Shown here: positions 9,052 through 18,553 of the stretch, piece after piece
How the letters are laid out: each line of letters opens with the position of its first letter
Numbering within the stretch: the first letter of the stretch is position 1
From: Patescibacteria group bacterium
GTDB lineage: Bacteria > Patescibacteriota > Minisyncoccia > RBG-13-40-8-A
Assembly: GCA_018897295.1 (NCBI GenBank)
Contig: JAHILA010000014.1
Location: forward strand, 3,390-67,389
Direction: 5' to 3'
Length of the DNA: 64,000 nucleotides
Notes under the pieces: generated by a model
What the model saw: the letters and a program-made list of their open reading frames with translations, nothing else
Told to the model about the DNA's origin: nothing
Databases searched by the model: none
Made by a program: the position numbers and the translations under genes

Positions 9052-9735
9052 ATGAGTAGAACAACCTTTTCCATTCCAGGATGGTATGTGGAGTTTCGGT
9101 CCAGCGTATTGCGGCAATTGCCGCGGCCAGGAGATGGTCTCCAAAACATCGACCAGATTACAGCAGGGGGCTGGGTTAAAAATCAGGCAGCTTTGAAAAA
9201 TGTGTTGGCTCAAACTCTGATTCCGCCAAAATCTGTGTCTCCGGAGAAGTTCGGCCTGTTCATTGATCTCGGCATTATCACGGTGCCGGACAACTATGTT
9301 CACGATACCCAACTGGCCTCGTTTGAGAAAAAGAACCACGACAAGTTCCGTTTCTACGACGATGACATTACCGACAAGAATTTCGCCAAGGTTACGACAA
9401 AACTCGTGCCTGGCCAAAAGTTTCACGTCAAGGTCTTTAAGCTTATAGGAGCCACGACCGTCAAGGAACGTCTGGCGTTTTACAAAAGTCAAAACGCGGC
9501 TCTGGTCGGAGCCCAGGGTATCTCTCTTATATTCGAGCAGAAGAGGAATCTGTTGTCCAGGGGACTCTCATATTACTCTTTTAATGAGAAGGAAGCTCTC
9601 TGGATAGATACTGACGGTCATTACAGAATGCCATTTCTTGATCTGGATTTGATCGGGAACTGGGGTATTGGTCTTGATTACCTCAATTATGATTGGTCCA
9701 ACAAATGCTTGATTTGTTGTTTCTACCTAATTTAG
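9052..9735 (+). CDS. Hypothetical protein encoded by a GC-rich gene that is probably horizontally acquired
   Basis: It has a strong SD (AGGAGG) and a clean rho-independent terminator. GC content is visibly higher than in flanking DNA (about 45-50 % against about 33 %). No domain was recognised. Confidence 0.6.
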   Translation: MSRTTFSIPGWYVEFRSSVLRQLPRPGDGLQNIDQITAGGWVKNQAALKNVLAQTLIPPKSVSPEKFGLFIDLGIITVPDNYVHDTQLASFEKKNHDKFRFYDDDITDKNFAKVTTKLVPGQKFHVKVFKLIGATTVKERLAFYKSQNAALVGAQGISLIFEQKRNLLSRGLSYYSFNEKEALWIDTDGHYRMPFLDLDLIGNWGIGLDYLNYDWSNKCLICCFYLI

Positions 9736-9748
9736 TTTTTGAACGACA

Positions 9749-9778
9749 GGGGCCCTTGGTGGGCCCCATTTTTTTTAT
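9749..9778 (+). terminator. Rho-independent terminator
   Basis: GGGGCCC, loop ttggt, GGGCCCC, followed by a T8 run. Confidence 0.85.
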
Positions 9779-9787
9779 TTAATATTC

Positions 9788-9815
9788 TTGACAAGAAAAT
9801 TCTACTTGCTATAAT
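9788..9815 (+). promoter_or_regulatory. Canonical sigma70 promoter (TTGACA, 16 nt, TATAAT) for clpB
   Basis: Both hexamers are perfect. Confidence 0.7.
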
Positions 9816-9819
9816 TAAA

Positions 9820-9846
9820 TTAGCACTCTCGTATAGAGACTGCTAA
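9820..9846 (+). promoter_or_regulatory. CIRCE-like HrcA operator: TTAGCACTC, N9, GACTGCTAA
   Basis: It matches the CIRCE consensus TTAGCACTC-N9-GAGTGCTAA with one mismatch. It lies between the -10 element and the clpB start. Confidence 0.65.
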
Positions 9847-9854
9847 TTAAATAT

Positions 9855-12476
9855 ATGCGGTTGGATAAATTCACAACTAAAGCGCAGGAGGCATTGCAGG
9901 ATGCTCATGGCATTGCTTCGGAAAAAGGACAGCAGCAGGTTGATGCGCTTCATTTATTAAGAGCCCTACTCATACAGGAGGGATCTTTGGTTTTAGCTGT
10001 GTTCCAAAAATTAGGGAACAATATTGAGAAATTGGAAAAAGATATTGATATTGGATTAACAAAACTTCCCCATATTGCCATTGCAACTCCTGGAATGTTT
10101 CAGGCATATCTAACCCAGGAACTGGGAAAGATTTTAGAACAATCATTTAAAGAAGCGGAAAAATTAAAAGATGAGTTTGTTTCCACGGAACATTTTCTTT
10201 TGGGTATGCTTTTAATTCCCTCCAAAGTTAAAGATGTTCTGGAAAGCAACGGCTTAAATTATGATAAAGTTTTGAAAGTTCTGGCTGAACTTCGTGGAGG
10301 AGAACAAGTGACTGATATGGAGCCAGAAACCAAATATCAGGTTTTGGAAAAATATACCCGCAATTTAACTGAATTATCACGTCAGGAAAAACTAGACCCG
10401 GTTATTGGTCGGGACAATGAAATTAGGAGAGTAATGCAGGTTTTAAGCAGAAGAACAAAAAATAATCCGGTTTTAATCGGCGAAGCAGGCACAGGTAAAA
10501 CAGCTATTGTTGAAGGCCTTGCGCAGAGAATTGTCAGTTCTGACGTGCCAGAAACATTAAAGGAAAAAGAAATTATTGCTCTAGATTTGGGTAGCATGGT
10601 TGCAGGCACGAAATTCAGAGGAGAATTTGAAAGCAGATTAAAAGCTGCTTTAAGGGAGATTGACCGCGCAAAAGGCAAATTTATTTTATTTATTGATGAG
10701 CTTCATACTTTGGTTGGCGCTGGGGCAGCCGAAGGAGCGATTGATGCTTCTAATATGCTCAAGCCAGCCTTGGCCAGAGGAGAGCTTCATGCTATCGGCG
10801 CCACTACTTTAAAAGAATATCAGAAGTATATTGAAAAAGATCCTGCGTTGGAAAGAAGATTCCAGCCGATTTATGTCAAAGAACCGTCAGTTGAAGATGC
10901 TGTTGCTATGCTACGCGGAATCAAGGAAAAATACGAGGTCTATCATGGAGTGAGGATTACTGACCCGGCAATTATGGCTGCCGTAAACTTGTCTTCACGA
11001 TATATTTCTGATCGGTTTCTGCCGGATAAGGCAGTGGATTTAATGGATGAAGCAGCTTCTGCTTTGAGAATGGAAATCGACAGCATGCCTATTGAATTGG
11101 ACCAGATGAAAAGAAAGCAGATGAAACTGGAAATTGAAGCCAGGGCGCTAAAAATGGAAAAAGACGCTGATTCTAAAGAGGGATTAAAAGCAATTAAGCG
11201 AGAAATCGCCGAATTGAAAGAACAAAGCAGGGAAATGGAAATTCAGTGGAAAACAGAAAAAGATATTATTTCCAAAATCAGGCAGAATCAAAAACAAATG
11301 GAATCTTTAAAACAGGAAGCGGATATTACTGAAAGAAAAAGCGACTTACAAAAAGTAGCTGAAATCAGATATGGTAAAATTCCCCAATTAGAAAAAGAAA
11401 TCAAAGAAGAACAGAAAAAACTTTCTGGAATCCAGAAAAATAGACAGATTTTAAAAGAAGAAGTAAATGTTGAAGATGTGGCAAAGGTAGTTTCTCGCTG
11501 GACAGGAATTCCGGTTTATAAAATGCTGGAAGAGGAAACTTCCAAATTATCGCATATGGAGGATGAATTGGGAAGGCGAGTACTTGGACAGGATGAAGCA
11601 ATTTCTATTGTTTCTAATGCCACCAGGAGAAGCAGGGCAGGGATTTCTGAAGAGAACAGGCCAATTGGTTCATTTATGTTTCTCGGTCCCACAGGAGTGG
11701 GTAAGACCGAGTTAGCTTTGGCATTGGCTGAATTTATGTTTAATACTGAAGATGCAATTGTGCGTTTAGATATGTCCGAGTATATGGAGCGCCATACTGC
11801 TTCCAAGATTATTGGCTCCCCACCAGGCTATGTTGGCTATGAAGAAGGCGGGCAGCTGACCGAAATTGTCAGGCGTAGGCCATACAGCGTGATTCTTTTT
11901 GATGAGATTGAAAAAGCCCATCCTGAAGTTTTTAATATTTTATTACAGATTTTAGACAGGGGACGGCTTACTGATGCCAAGGGCCGGTTGGTTAATTTTA
12001 AGAATACAATTATAATTTTAACTTCCAATGTAGGCAGTGAAATGCTTCAGCAAATGGCAGAATTCGGTTTTTCTCATTCTGGAGAAGCGAAACAGAAAAA
12101 GCACGATGAAACAAAATCCAGAATTATGGAATCATTGAAAAACCAGTTCAGGCCGGAGTTTTTGAATCGTTTGGACGAGATTATTATCTTCAATGGCTTG
12201 GGCATTGAAGAGGTAAGGAAAATTGTTGATTTGCAGTTAAATTTAGTTGAAGAACGGTTGAAGCACAAGAAAATCAAAATTAATGTTTCGATTACTGCCA
12301 AGAATTTATTGGCTGAAAAGGGTTTTGACCCTGATTACGGAGTCAGGCCGTTAAAAAGAAAAATTCAGCAACTGGTCTTAGATCCATTAGCCAAAATGAT
12401 TGTTGAAGGAAAAATCAAAAACGGAGATAAGATTAAAGTAGATACGAAGGGGGAGAAAATAACCATAAACGCTTAG
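9855..12476 (+). CDS. clpB: ATP-dependent chaperone / disaggregase ClpB
   Basis: 873 aa. It has a Clp_N region, two AAA+ modules (GEAGTGKT and GPTGVGKTE Walker A) and a long coiled-coil middle domain. Confidence 0.95.
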   Translation: MRLDKFTTKAQEALQDAHGIASEKGQQQVDALHLLRALLIQEGSLVLAVFQKLGNNIEKLEKDIDIGLTKLPHIAIATPGMFQAYLTQELGKILEQSFKEAEKLKDEFVSTEHFLLGMLLIPSKVKDVLESNGLNYDKVLKVLAELRGGEQVTDMEPETKYQVLEKYTRNLTELSRQEKLDPVIGRDNEIRRVMQVLSRRTKNNPVLIGEAGTGKTAIVEGLAQRIVSSDVPETLKEKEIIALDLGSMVAGTKFRGEFESRLKAALREIDRAKGKFILFIDELHTLVGAGAAEGAIDASNMLKPALARGELHAIGATTLKEYQKYIEKDPALERRFQPIYVKEPSVEDAVAMLRGIKEKYEVYHGVRITDPAIMAAVNLSSRYISDRFLPDKAVDLMDEAASALRMEIDSMPIELDQMKRKQMKLEIEARALKMEKDADSKEGLKAIKREIAELKEQSREMEIQWKTEKDIISKIRQNQKQMESLKQEADITERKSDLQKVAEIRYGKIPQLEKEIKEEQKKLSGIQKNRQILKEEVNVEDVAKVVSRWTGIPVYKMLEEETSKLSHMEDELGRRVLGQDEAISIVSNATRRSRAGISEENRPIGSFMFLGPTGVGKTELALALAEFMFNTEDAIVRLDMSEYMERHTASKIIGSPPGYVGYEEGGQLTEIVRRRPYSVILFDEIEKAHPEVFNILLQILDRGRLTDAKGRLVNFKNTIIILTSNVGSEMLQQMAEFGFSHSGEAKQKKHDETKSRIMESLKNQFRPEFLNRLDEIIIFNGLGIEEVRKIVDLQLNLVEERLKHKKIKINVSITAKNLLAEKGFDPDYGVRPLKRKIQQLVLDPLAKMIVEGKIKNGDKIKVDTKGEKITINA

Positions 12477-12486
12477 TTGCCCACTA

Positions 12487-12515
12487 TTTACAAATTTTTA
12501 AAATACTGCTATACT
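12487..12515 (+). promoter_or_regulatory. Promoter-like element: TTTACA, 17 nt, TATACT
   Basis: Read directly. It is upstream of the 12554 ORF, which has a strong RBS. Confidence 0.4.
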
Positions 12516-12553
12516 AAAAATTCTGTTCATTTTATTAAATAAAGGAGAAAAGA

Positions 12554-12964
12554 ATGAAAAAATTAATTGTCAGTGAAGTGATTTCAGTTATTCTGGTTCT
12601 TGGAATTTTTCTGCTTATCTTTACCTTTCTTGACGGTTGGGAGAAGATTGGTTGGGAAAGATATGAAGTTGCTGTTGTCGCTGCTTTTACTGCTGCTGCT
12701 CTTGCTGTTTTTGCTGCTCTTGCCATTACTGTTGCTGTTTTTATTGTTGCCGCTGTTGCTACTCTTTTCGCTACTGTTGTTGCCGTTGCCATTCTTGCTG
12801 TTGCCGCTGATGCTTTCACTACTTTTGCTGTTGCTGCTGTTGCCGTTGTTGCTACTTTTGTTGTTCTTATTGTTATTATTGGTGACGAAAAGGACAAGTT
12901 TTCTTTAAGGGTAGAAGCAGTGGCTATAGTTATTCCTATTGTTCTGATTACCTTTTTTCACTGA
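12554..12964 (+). CDS. Small hydrophobic Ala/Val-rich low-complexity protein, probably membrane-embedded
   Basis: RBS AAGGAG is 6 nt before the ATG. The repeat region is read as NNT codons (GCT/GTT/ACT/ATT/CTT/TTT), which gives strong triplet periodicity in this frame. Confidence 0.4.
   Translation: MKKLIVSEVISVILVLGIFLLIFTFLDGWEKIGWERYEVAVVAAFTAAALAVFAALAITVAVFIVAAVATLFATVVAVAILAVAADAFTTFAVAAVAVVATFVVLIVIIGDEKDKFSLRVEAVAIVIPIVLITFFH
12660..12890 (+). repeat. Cryptic (GYT)n trinucleotide low-complexity tract
   Basis: Runs of gct/gtt/gcc/act were read directly. It produces ORFs in three frames. Confidence 0.8.
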
Positions 12965-12999
12965 ACATTTGACCATTTAATTTAAAAAAGGAGGAGAGA

Positions 13000-13218
13000 A
13001 TGATAAAAGCTGTTTTGAGAGAGAGGGGAATAATTCAATTAGTGCCAGGAAACGATGCAGAGGAAGAGCGAGTTAGGGTATTCGCTCTAGAAAAAGGTAT
13101 TGACGAGGACGATTTTTGCGGAAAAGTAAGTATAAGTCTATCGCCACCAATTATTTGTCGAGGCAGAAGGGTAAAGAGGAGAACTCTTAATATCCGTCTA
13201 CTTTGTCGAAGGCGTTAA
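13000..13218 (+). CDS. Hypothetical small protein (72 aa) with an Arg-rich C-terminus; an ncRNA cannot be excluded
   Basis: It has a strong RBS (AAAAGGAGGAGAGA-ATG) and is followed by a clean terminator. The region is locally GC-richer and no homolog was recognised. Confidence 0.3.
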   Translation: MIKAVLRERGIIQLVPGNDAEEERVRVFALEKGIDEDDFCGKVSISLSPPIICRGRRVKRRTLNIRLLCRRR

Positions 13219-13233
13219 AAAAAAGAAAGAAAT

Positions 13234-13275
13234 GGGGCAACAACCGAAAGGATGTTGCCCCTAATTTTTTTATTT
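13234..13275 (+). terminator. Rho-independent terminator
   Basis: GGGGCAACA, loop accgaaagga, TGTTGCCCC, then TAATTTTTTT. Confidence 0.8.
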
Positions 13276-13295
13276 GATATATTTAAATAGACAGT

Positions 13296-13856
13296 ATGGA
13301 TAACATTCCAACAATTGACAGAGAAAAAGAATTGCTTTCTCAGATTGCTTCGGGGGATAAAGAGGCCTTTGGCCAACTTTATGATTTATACGCCCCGAGG
13401 ATTTTCCGTTTCATCCGACTAAAGGTCGGTTCGCAGGTTTTGGCAGAGGACTTATCATCAGAATCTTTCTTAAGAATCTGGGAATATCTTAAAAACCCGG
13501 AGATAAGAATAGAGGAGACATTCCAAGCGCTTTTATATAAAGTTGCCAGAAATCTGATTATTGATTATTACAAGAAAAAAAGCTCGCAGGAGGTTCTTAT
13601 TGGCGATGATTTCCATTTATTTTTAAATGAGGAGCCGGCTAAAGATGAGATTGCTTCCAAAGAAACATCTGACCAGATTCACAGGGCAATAATACGCATC
13701 AAAGAAGAGTATCAGGATGTCTTAATCTTGTATTATATTGATGGGCTTTCAGTACCACAAATCGCCAAAACAATGGATAAATCGCAGGGCGCAATCAGGG
13801 TGTTGATTCATAGAGGTTTGAAGTCCCTAAAAGAGCATTTATCAGAAGAGGAGTAA
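13296..13856 (+). CDS. RNA polymerase sigma-70 factor, ECF (sigma-24) subfamily
   Basis: 186 aa with a region-2 pattern (FRFIRLKV...) and a region-4 HTH (LSVPQIAKTMDKSQGAIRVLIHRGLKSLKE). Confidence 0.85.
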   Translation: MDNIPTIDREKELLSQIASGDKEAFGQLYDLYAPRIFRFIRLKVGSQVLAEDLSSESFLRIWEYLKNPEIRIEETFQALLYKVARNLIIDYYKKKSSQEVLIGDDFHLFLNEEPAKDEIASKETSDQIHRAIIRIKEEYQDVLILYYIDGLSVPQIAKTMDKSQGAIRVLIHRGLKSLKEHLSEEE

Positions 13857-13940
13857 GGGGTGTAATGAAAGTGTAACAAAAGGGGGTAGTTATTCGTCTT
13901 ATATAGTAGAGCGAAACCAGAGCGATTGGAGGGATGATCT

Positions 13941-14714
13941 ATGGATGAATTTATTGTCAAACAACTGAAAAATTTAAGAAAGGTTAGGCCGTCCACTTCT
14001 TGGCTGGAAAGTCAAAGAAGTTTTTTGCTATCTAAAATAGCGCAAAACAAACCAGAGGAAAAGAAAAGCATTTTTACTTTTCCTATTTTTAATATTTCAA
14101 AACTATTCAGGCCAGTATTCGTGGTAGCTATGGTTCTGATTGTTTTTGCAAGTTCGTTGGGAACCATTGGCGTAATCAGCGCTGCCCAGAATAGTTTGCC
14201 TGGAGACGCATTATATGTCTTGAAAACAACATTTGAAAAAACCCAAATGACCTTTGCTTACGGCGACCAGAACAAGGTTGAACTTTCAATAAAATTTGCC
14301 ACCCAGAGAATGGACGAATTTGCGCAAGTGGCAAGCAAGCCGGAAAAAAGAGATGATATTGAAAAAACAGTTCAAAATTTAAATGCGCAGTTAGTTACTG
14401 TTCAGGAAAATATGGATAAATTAAAAGACAAGAACTCCGAGAAAGCAGCTGAAGTGGCGAGATTAATCAGCAACCAAACTAATTCTTATAAAGAGACATT
14501 AATTAAAACAAGTAATCAATTGGCTTATCTGATGCCGGAAGAAAGCAAGAAAATAAAAGCAGAAATTGACCAAGCATTAATTGAAGTTGACAAAACACAG
14601 GAAAAAGCGGAACAGATAATCAAGACAGAAGAAGATAAAACAGAAGAAACGCCCGTAGAAGAAACAATTATTTCACCTTCTTCAAGCTTTGAAGAAGTTA
14701 ACGAAATAAAATAA
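13941..14714 (+). CDS. Putative anti-sigma / sigma-associated single-pass membrane protein (DUF5667-like)
   Basis: It lies directly downstream of the ECF sigma. It has one TM helix, a PGDALYVLK motif and a coiled-coil, acidic C-terminus. Confidence 0.5.
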   Translation: MDEFIVKQLKNLRKVRPSTSWLESQRSFLLSKIAQNKPEEKKSIFTFPIFNISKLFRPVFVVAMVLIVFASSLGTIGVISAAQNSLPGDALYVLKTTFEKTQMTFAYGDQNKVELSIKFATQRMDEFAQVASKPEKRDDIEKTVQNLNAQLVTVQENMDKLKDKNSEKAAEVARLISNQTNSYKETLIKTSNQLAYLMPEESKKIKAEIDQALIEVDKTQEKAEQIIKTEEDKTEETPVEETIISPSSSFEEVNEIK

Positions 14715-14749
14715 AGGTCGAAAAAAATAACAAATTAAAAAAACTTAAA

Positions 14750-17700
14750 ATGAAAAAATTATTATCGATTACATTAGCTATCACGACAATTGTTTGGCTG
14801 GCTGGTTCATTTATATATGTCCCAGCTGCTCACGCTGCTGTTGTTGATGGCGACGTTGTAAGCCCTGATGCCACATTTGTTGACGCTGATGGAAACACAT
14901 ACTATCCGTATGATGTTTTTATTGTCAAAATAATTGGCACCAAGACCTTCAAACGTTTAGTTTTAAACCCGCAAGTTTTTGAAAGTTACGGCCACTTAAA
15001 GTGGAGTAATATCAAAACAATCTCAGCTGAGACCGTTAAAGGTTATACTACATCTGCTCTAGTAAGAGCGATTGATGATAGCCCTGTTTATGTGCTCGCT
15101 CCGAATGGAGACAGTGGTACAAAGCAGTGGGTTGATGATTTAACTTGCTTCAATTCAAAGAGTTATGACTGGGATTCAGTTTATACGATTAACGCAACAG
15201 ACAGAGACAATTACTCAACTACAACAAGTTTGTGCGGAACAGGTGGCGGAGCTTTGACGCTTTCATTAGCTTCAGACACACCAGCTGCTTCCACACTTCC
15301 TAACACTGCTCAAGGTGTAACCTTTGTCAAATACAATTTAACAGGTTCAGGAACATTAAACCAGATTGTATTCAAAAGAGATGGAGCTGGCGCTGTTGCA
15401 GATTTTGACGACCTCTACATTTACAAAGATGGAGTTCGTTTAACATCGGGCAGGTCAATTACCACTTCAACCAGTAAGGTTACCTTTATTAATTTAGGAA
15501 TTGTTGCTCCAGCTACATTTGAATTAGTAGCTGACATCAGCGGAACAGCTGGTAATGTTAACTATTTCACTGTTGAAATTGCTTCTGATGTTGTTGCTGA
15601 CACAACTGTTAGCGGAACATTTCCAATTAAGAGTAACACAATGGGAATCAGCGGTACTGCTGCTGGCACAATAACTGTTGCCAGGACTGGCTCTGCTACA
15701 AAAAATGTCACCATTGGCGCCTTAGAACAAGAGATTTCTCAATTTAAGGTAACTGTTGCCACTGAAGGAGCTAATGTCTACAGAATTCAATTATTCAACG
15801 GTGGGACAGCAGACAATAATCTAATTACTAATCTTAAACTTAAAGACAATACAGGAGCAACTGTAGCCACAGCCACAAGTATTGGCTCTAGTGGTTATGT
15901 TTCTTTTGTTTTCAGCACACCTTATTATATTCTAAAAGGTGAAAATGAAATTTTCCACATTTATGCTGATATTGGCGCAACAAAACCAGACAGAACAATT
16001 ATTCTCTATCAGGAATTGGCAACCGATATTTTGGCAAAAGGAACTACTTATGGTTATGGCATGACAGCCACTATTACTAGCTTTGATGCTACTGGTGATG
16101 CTGTTACTGTTACTTGTAAGGGTGGTGACTTAACCTTAAACAAAGTTGGTCCAAATGCCACAAGCATTGGAACTACAACTTCTGACACTGTATTCCTTGA
16201 ATACACAATGTCAGCAGCTGCTGACATTACCATTAAAAGAACAGAATTGATATTCTGTGAGGACACTGATGGCAATGGCACATACAATAACGCTTCCACT
16301 AGTGCTGGCGCTGACATTGAAGATATTAAGATAAAAGAAAAAGACAGCGGAGCCATTGTAATTGGTCCAAAAGACGGAACTTCGTTTAATGACGGTGTCA
16401 GGGCTTCTTGTCCTGGAAGTGTTAACGGTCTTTACGAAGCCTATACTGACACTATTGATTTAGCCGCTGGCACAACAAGAACTTTCCAGGTAACTGCTGA
16501 TATTAAGACCTCTAACACTAATAGTGGTCAACACATAGTGGCTAGTTCCAGAATTAAATTTATTCTTTACAGCTATGCTACAATGATTGGCACTACAGGT
16601 AATGTAAGTTATGTGAAGTATGCCGGAACAAGCGATGCTGTTGATGATTCGGCAATTGCTCCGTCAGGAGATATTGCTGGAGAAGAAATGACTATTGCCG
16701 CAGCAAGCTTAGCTATTACCTTGTCGGCAAGTCCATCAGGAGGTGATGTTACTGCAAATGAAAAAGTATATATCAAGGGCCAGGGCGGAGTAGAAGCAGC
16801 TGGATTCGTATTCACTGCTGGTTCGGCTTCTGATATTACAATCAGCACGATTCAGTTGACTGCTTATACAACAGAAAACACTGCAGTTGCATTGATTGCA
16901 GGAAAAGATACTAATTATGTTAAAGATACTGTTGGCAGTGTTTATATCTATGATAAAGACACTGGAGCAATGGTTCCTGGTTCATCCGCAAAAGGATTCA
17001 CCAGTGGAACAAACTATGAAAATGTTGATTTTACTGGTTTGAGTTGGACAATCACAGCCGGGAACTCCAAGACATTATTGGTAAAAACCGATATTTCTTC
17101 AGCTGCTCCAGCCAGCGCGTCTACAGCAGACACCTGGATTGGATTTGACATTCTTGATGTCAGCGCTGATGTTTCAGCTGTTGACGTAGATGGCAATTCA
17201 GTTGACGGAACAGGCGATGCTTCAAACCCATTAGCTGCTACTGTTAACTACGGTGTTGCTGAATATGGCTCATTGGCAGTTGTCGTTGCTTCTGACACGC
17301 CAGATAAAAGTTTGGCGGTTATGGGCACTACTGATAACGAGGTTTCCAAGTTCAAGCTTACTGGAACTAATGAGGCCTGGTACATTGAGACATTCTCAAT
17401 TGTGCTTGACGATGGCCAAGACGTTAGCTTAGACGACACAGATAACTTCAGCGCACTTAAGCTTAAGTACCAAACCCAAGCTCAGTGGGGTTCAAGTGAC
17501 TGGACAATCAGCACGGGCAAGACCTTTGCGAGTACAGCCAGTTTAGCTTTTTCCTTTACTGGTACTGATAGGATTTATATTCCTAAAGATGATAATTCCT
17601 TTGTCACTGTTTTAGCTAGTATTGATAGCTATGATGGTGGTTCTGGAGGAAAGTCAAAAGTTCCTTTTAGAATGTATCCTATTTCCGGTAGCACTAACTC

Positions 17701-18391
17701 ATTCAAGGTCTATGGCGCTCAATCAGGCAAGCAGTTGTCCACGTTTACTGATCCAACTAGCACAGATTACAATCTGCACTTCGTAACTCGCTCTAAGCCG
17801 GTGTTTGCTAAAGTATCAAGCACTGCTACAAACGAGTTAGCCAGATTTACCATCACTGCTGTTGGTTATGATGTTGTCTTTGACGGAACAGCAGGTACCG
17901 AGATAGACATTGCTAGCGCATGCTTGAGGTTTGATGTTGTTGCTTCAACAACTGACGATGCCACTGTTAATCTTTATCTTTATGACTGGAATGAAAATAT
18001 CGTTGCCAGTAGAGAAGCATTGGGTAGTTTAACCGGAAGTGTAACTAGCGTTTCCTTCGTATTTGAAGAGAAAGATGTTACTATTCCGAGTGGCACAACT
18101 AGAGAACTTCACGTTGACTTGGCTGCAGCAGATGCAAGTACTGACTTCTTAAAGACAGACGAATTCATCTATTTGCAGTTGAGAAATGATGATGGAGGCA
18201 ATTTGGCCACTGGTTCAATGGGCTTCGGAGAAAGAGATATTGTTTGGCACGATAGTACAGCCGAAGAAGGTATAAGTACTGTTGATGGAGATGCAAGCGC
18301 CGAGAGCAGATATGGTATGCCATCTCTGATTAAGAACATTGGCCCATTGCCAATTACTTTCACAATCTTGAGAGGAACAGCAACTCCATAA
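14750..18391 (+). CDS. Giant secreted surface protein (1213 aa) with a shared N-terminal 'KRL-x-LNP' module followed by long Thr/Ser/Gly/Ala-rich beta-rich repeats; S-layer or adhesin-like
   Basis: It has a signal peptide ending in AHA|A. The N-terminal roughly 120 aa are homologous to modules in the 18594, 23076 and 59011 proteins. The rest is low-complexity and Ig-like. Confidence 0.7.
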   Translation: MKKLLSITLAITTIVWLAGSFIYVPAAHAAVVDGDVVSPDATFVDADGNTYYPYDVFIVKIIGTKTFKRLVLNPQVFESYGHLKWSNIKTISAETVKGYTTSALVRAIDDSPVYVLAPNGDSGTKQWVDDLTCFNSKSYDWDSVYTINATDRDNYSTTTSLCGTGGGALTLSLASDTPAASTLPNTAQGVTFVKYNLTGSGTLNQIVFKRDGAGAVADFDDLYIYKDGVRLTSGRSITTSTSKVTFINLGIVAPATFELVADISGTAGNVNYFTVEIASDVVADTTVSGTFPIKSNTMGISGTAAGTITVARTGSATKNVTIGALEQEISQFKVTVATEGANVYRIQLFNGGTADNNLITNLKLKDNTGATVATATSIGSSGYVSFVFSTPYYILKGENEIFHIYADIGATKPDRTIILYQELATDILAKGTTYGYGMTATITSFDATGDAVTVTCKGGDLTLNKVGPNATSIGTTTSDTVFLEYTMSAAADITIKRTELIFCEDTDGNGTYNNASTSAGADIEDIKIKEKDSGAIVIGPKDGTSFNDGVRASCPGSVNGLYEAYTDTIDLAAGTTRTFQVTADIKTSNTNSGQHIVASSRIKFILYSYATMIGTTGNVSYVKYAGTSDAVDDSAIAPSGDIAGEEMTIAAASLAITLSASPSGGDVTANEKVYIKGQGGVEAAGFVFTAGSASDITISTIQLTAYTTENTAVALIAGKDTNYVKDTVGSVYIYDKDTGAMVPGSSAKGFTSGTNYENVDFTGLSWTITAGNSKTLLVKTDISSAAPASASTADTWIGFDILDVSADVSAVDVDGNSVDGTGDASNPLAATVNYGVAEYGSLAVVVASDTPDKSLAVMGTTDNEVSKFKLTGTNEAWYIETFSIVLDDGQDVSLDDTDNFSALKLKYQTQAQWGSSDWTISTGKTFASTASLAFSFTGTDRIYIPKDDNSFVTVLASIDSYDGGSGGKSKVPFRMYPISGSTNSFKVYGAQSGKQLSTFTDPTSTDYNLHFVTRSKPVFAKVSSTATNELARFTITAVGYDVVFDGTAGTEIDIASACLRFDVVASTTDDATVNLYLYDWNENIVASREALGSLTGSVTSVSFVFEEKDVTIPSGTTRELHVDLAAADASTDFLKTDEFIYLQLRNDDGGNLATGSMGFGERDIVWHDSTAEEGISTVDGDASAESRYGMPSLIKNIGPLPITFTILRGTATP

Positions 18392-18450
18392 TCTACTGAT
18401 TTTGACCTGAGCTATTTATCCTTGTAAGATAGCGTTCAGGAAAACTTGAA

Positions 18451-18480
18451 AAGCCCCGCATTTGCGGGGCTTTTCATTTG
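18451..18480 (+). terminator. Rho-independent terminator
   Basis: GCCCCGC, loop attt, GCGGGGC, then TTTTC. Confidence 0.8.
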
Positions 18481-18507
18481 GGGTTGCTTTGTTTGGTTTG
18501 TAAATTA

Positions 18508-18516
18508 TGTTATAAT
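18508..18516 (+). promoter_or_regulatory. Extended -10 promoter element: TGtTATAAT
   Basis: Read directly. It is about 80 nt upstream of the 18594 ATG. Confidence 0.4.
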
Positions 18517-18527
18517 CTGGATATATG

Positions 18528-18553
18528 CCAGCCTACGGCTGGTCACCCGTAGG
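18528..18553 (+). promoter_or_regulatory. Two mutually exclusive hairpins in the 5' leader of the 18594 gene
   Basis: Hairpin A is CCAGCC-tac-GGCTGG. Hairpin B is CCTACGG-ctggtcac-CCGTAGG. They share nucleotides and are followed by an A-run. Confidence 0.35.

Noticed and set aside
12535-12908. Alternative readings of the (GYT)n tract: a poly-Leu ORF at 12600-12908 (+) and a Thr/Ala-rich ORF at 12535-12897 (-)
   Set aside because: Only the 12554 frame has an SD at correct spacing and puts the invariant T at codon position 3. The other frames are by-products of the trinucleotide periodicity. The 12554 ORF itself remains low-confidence.
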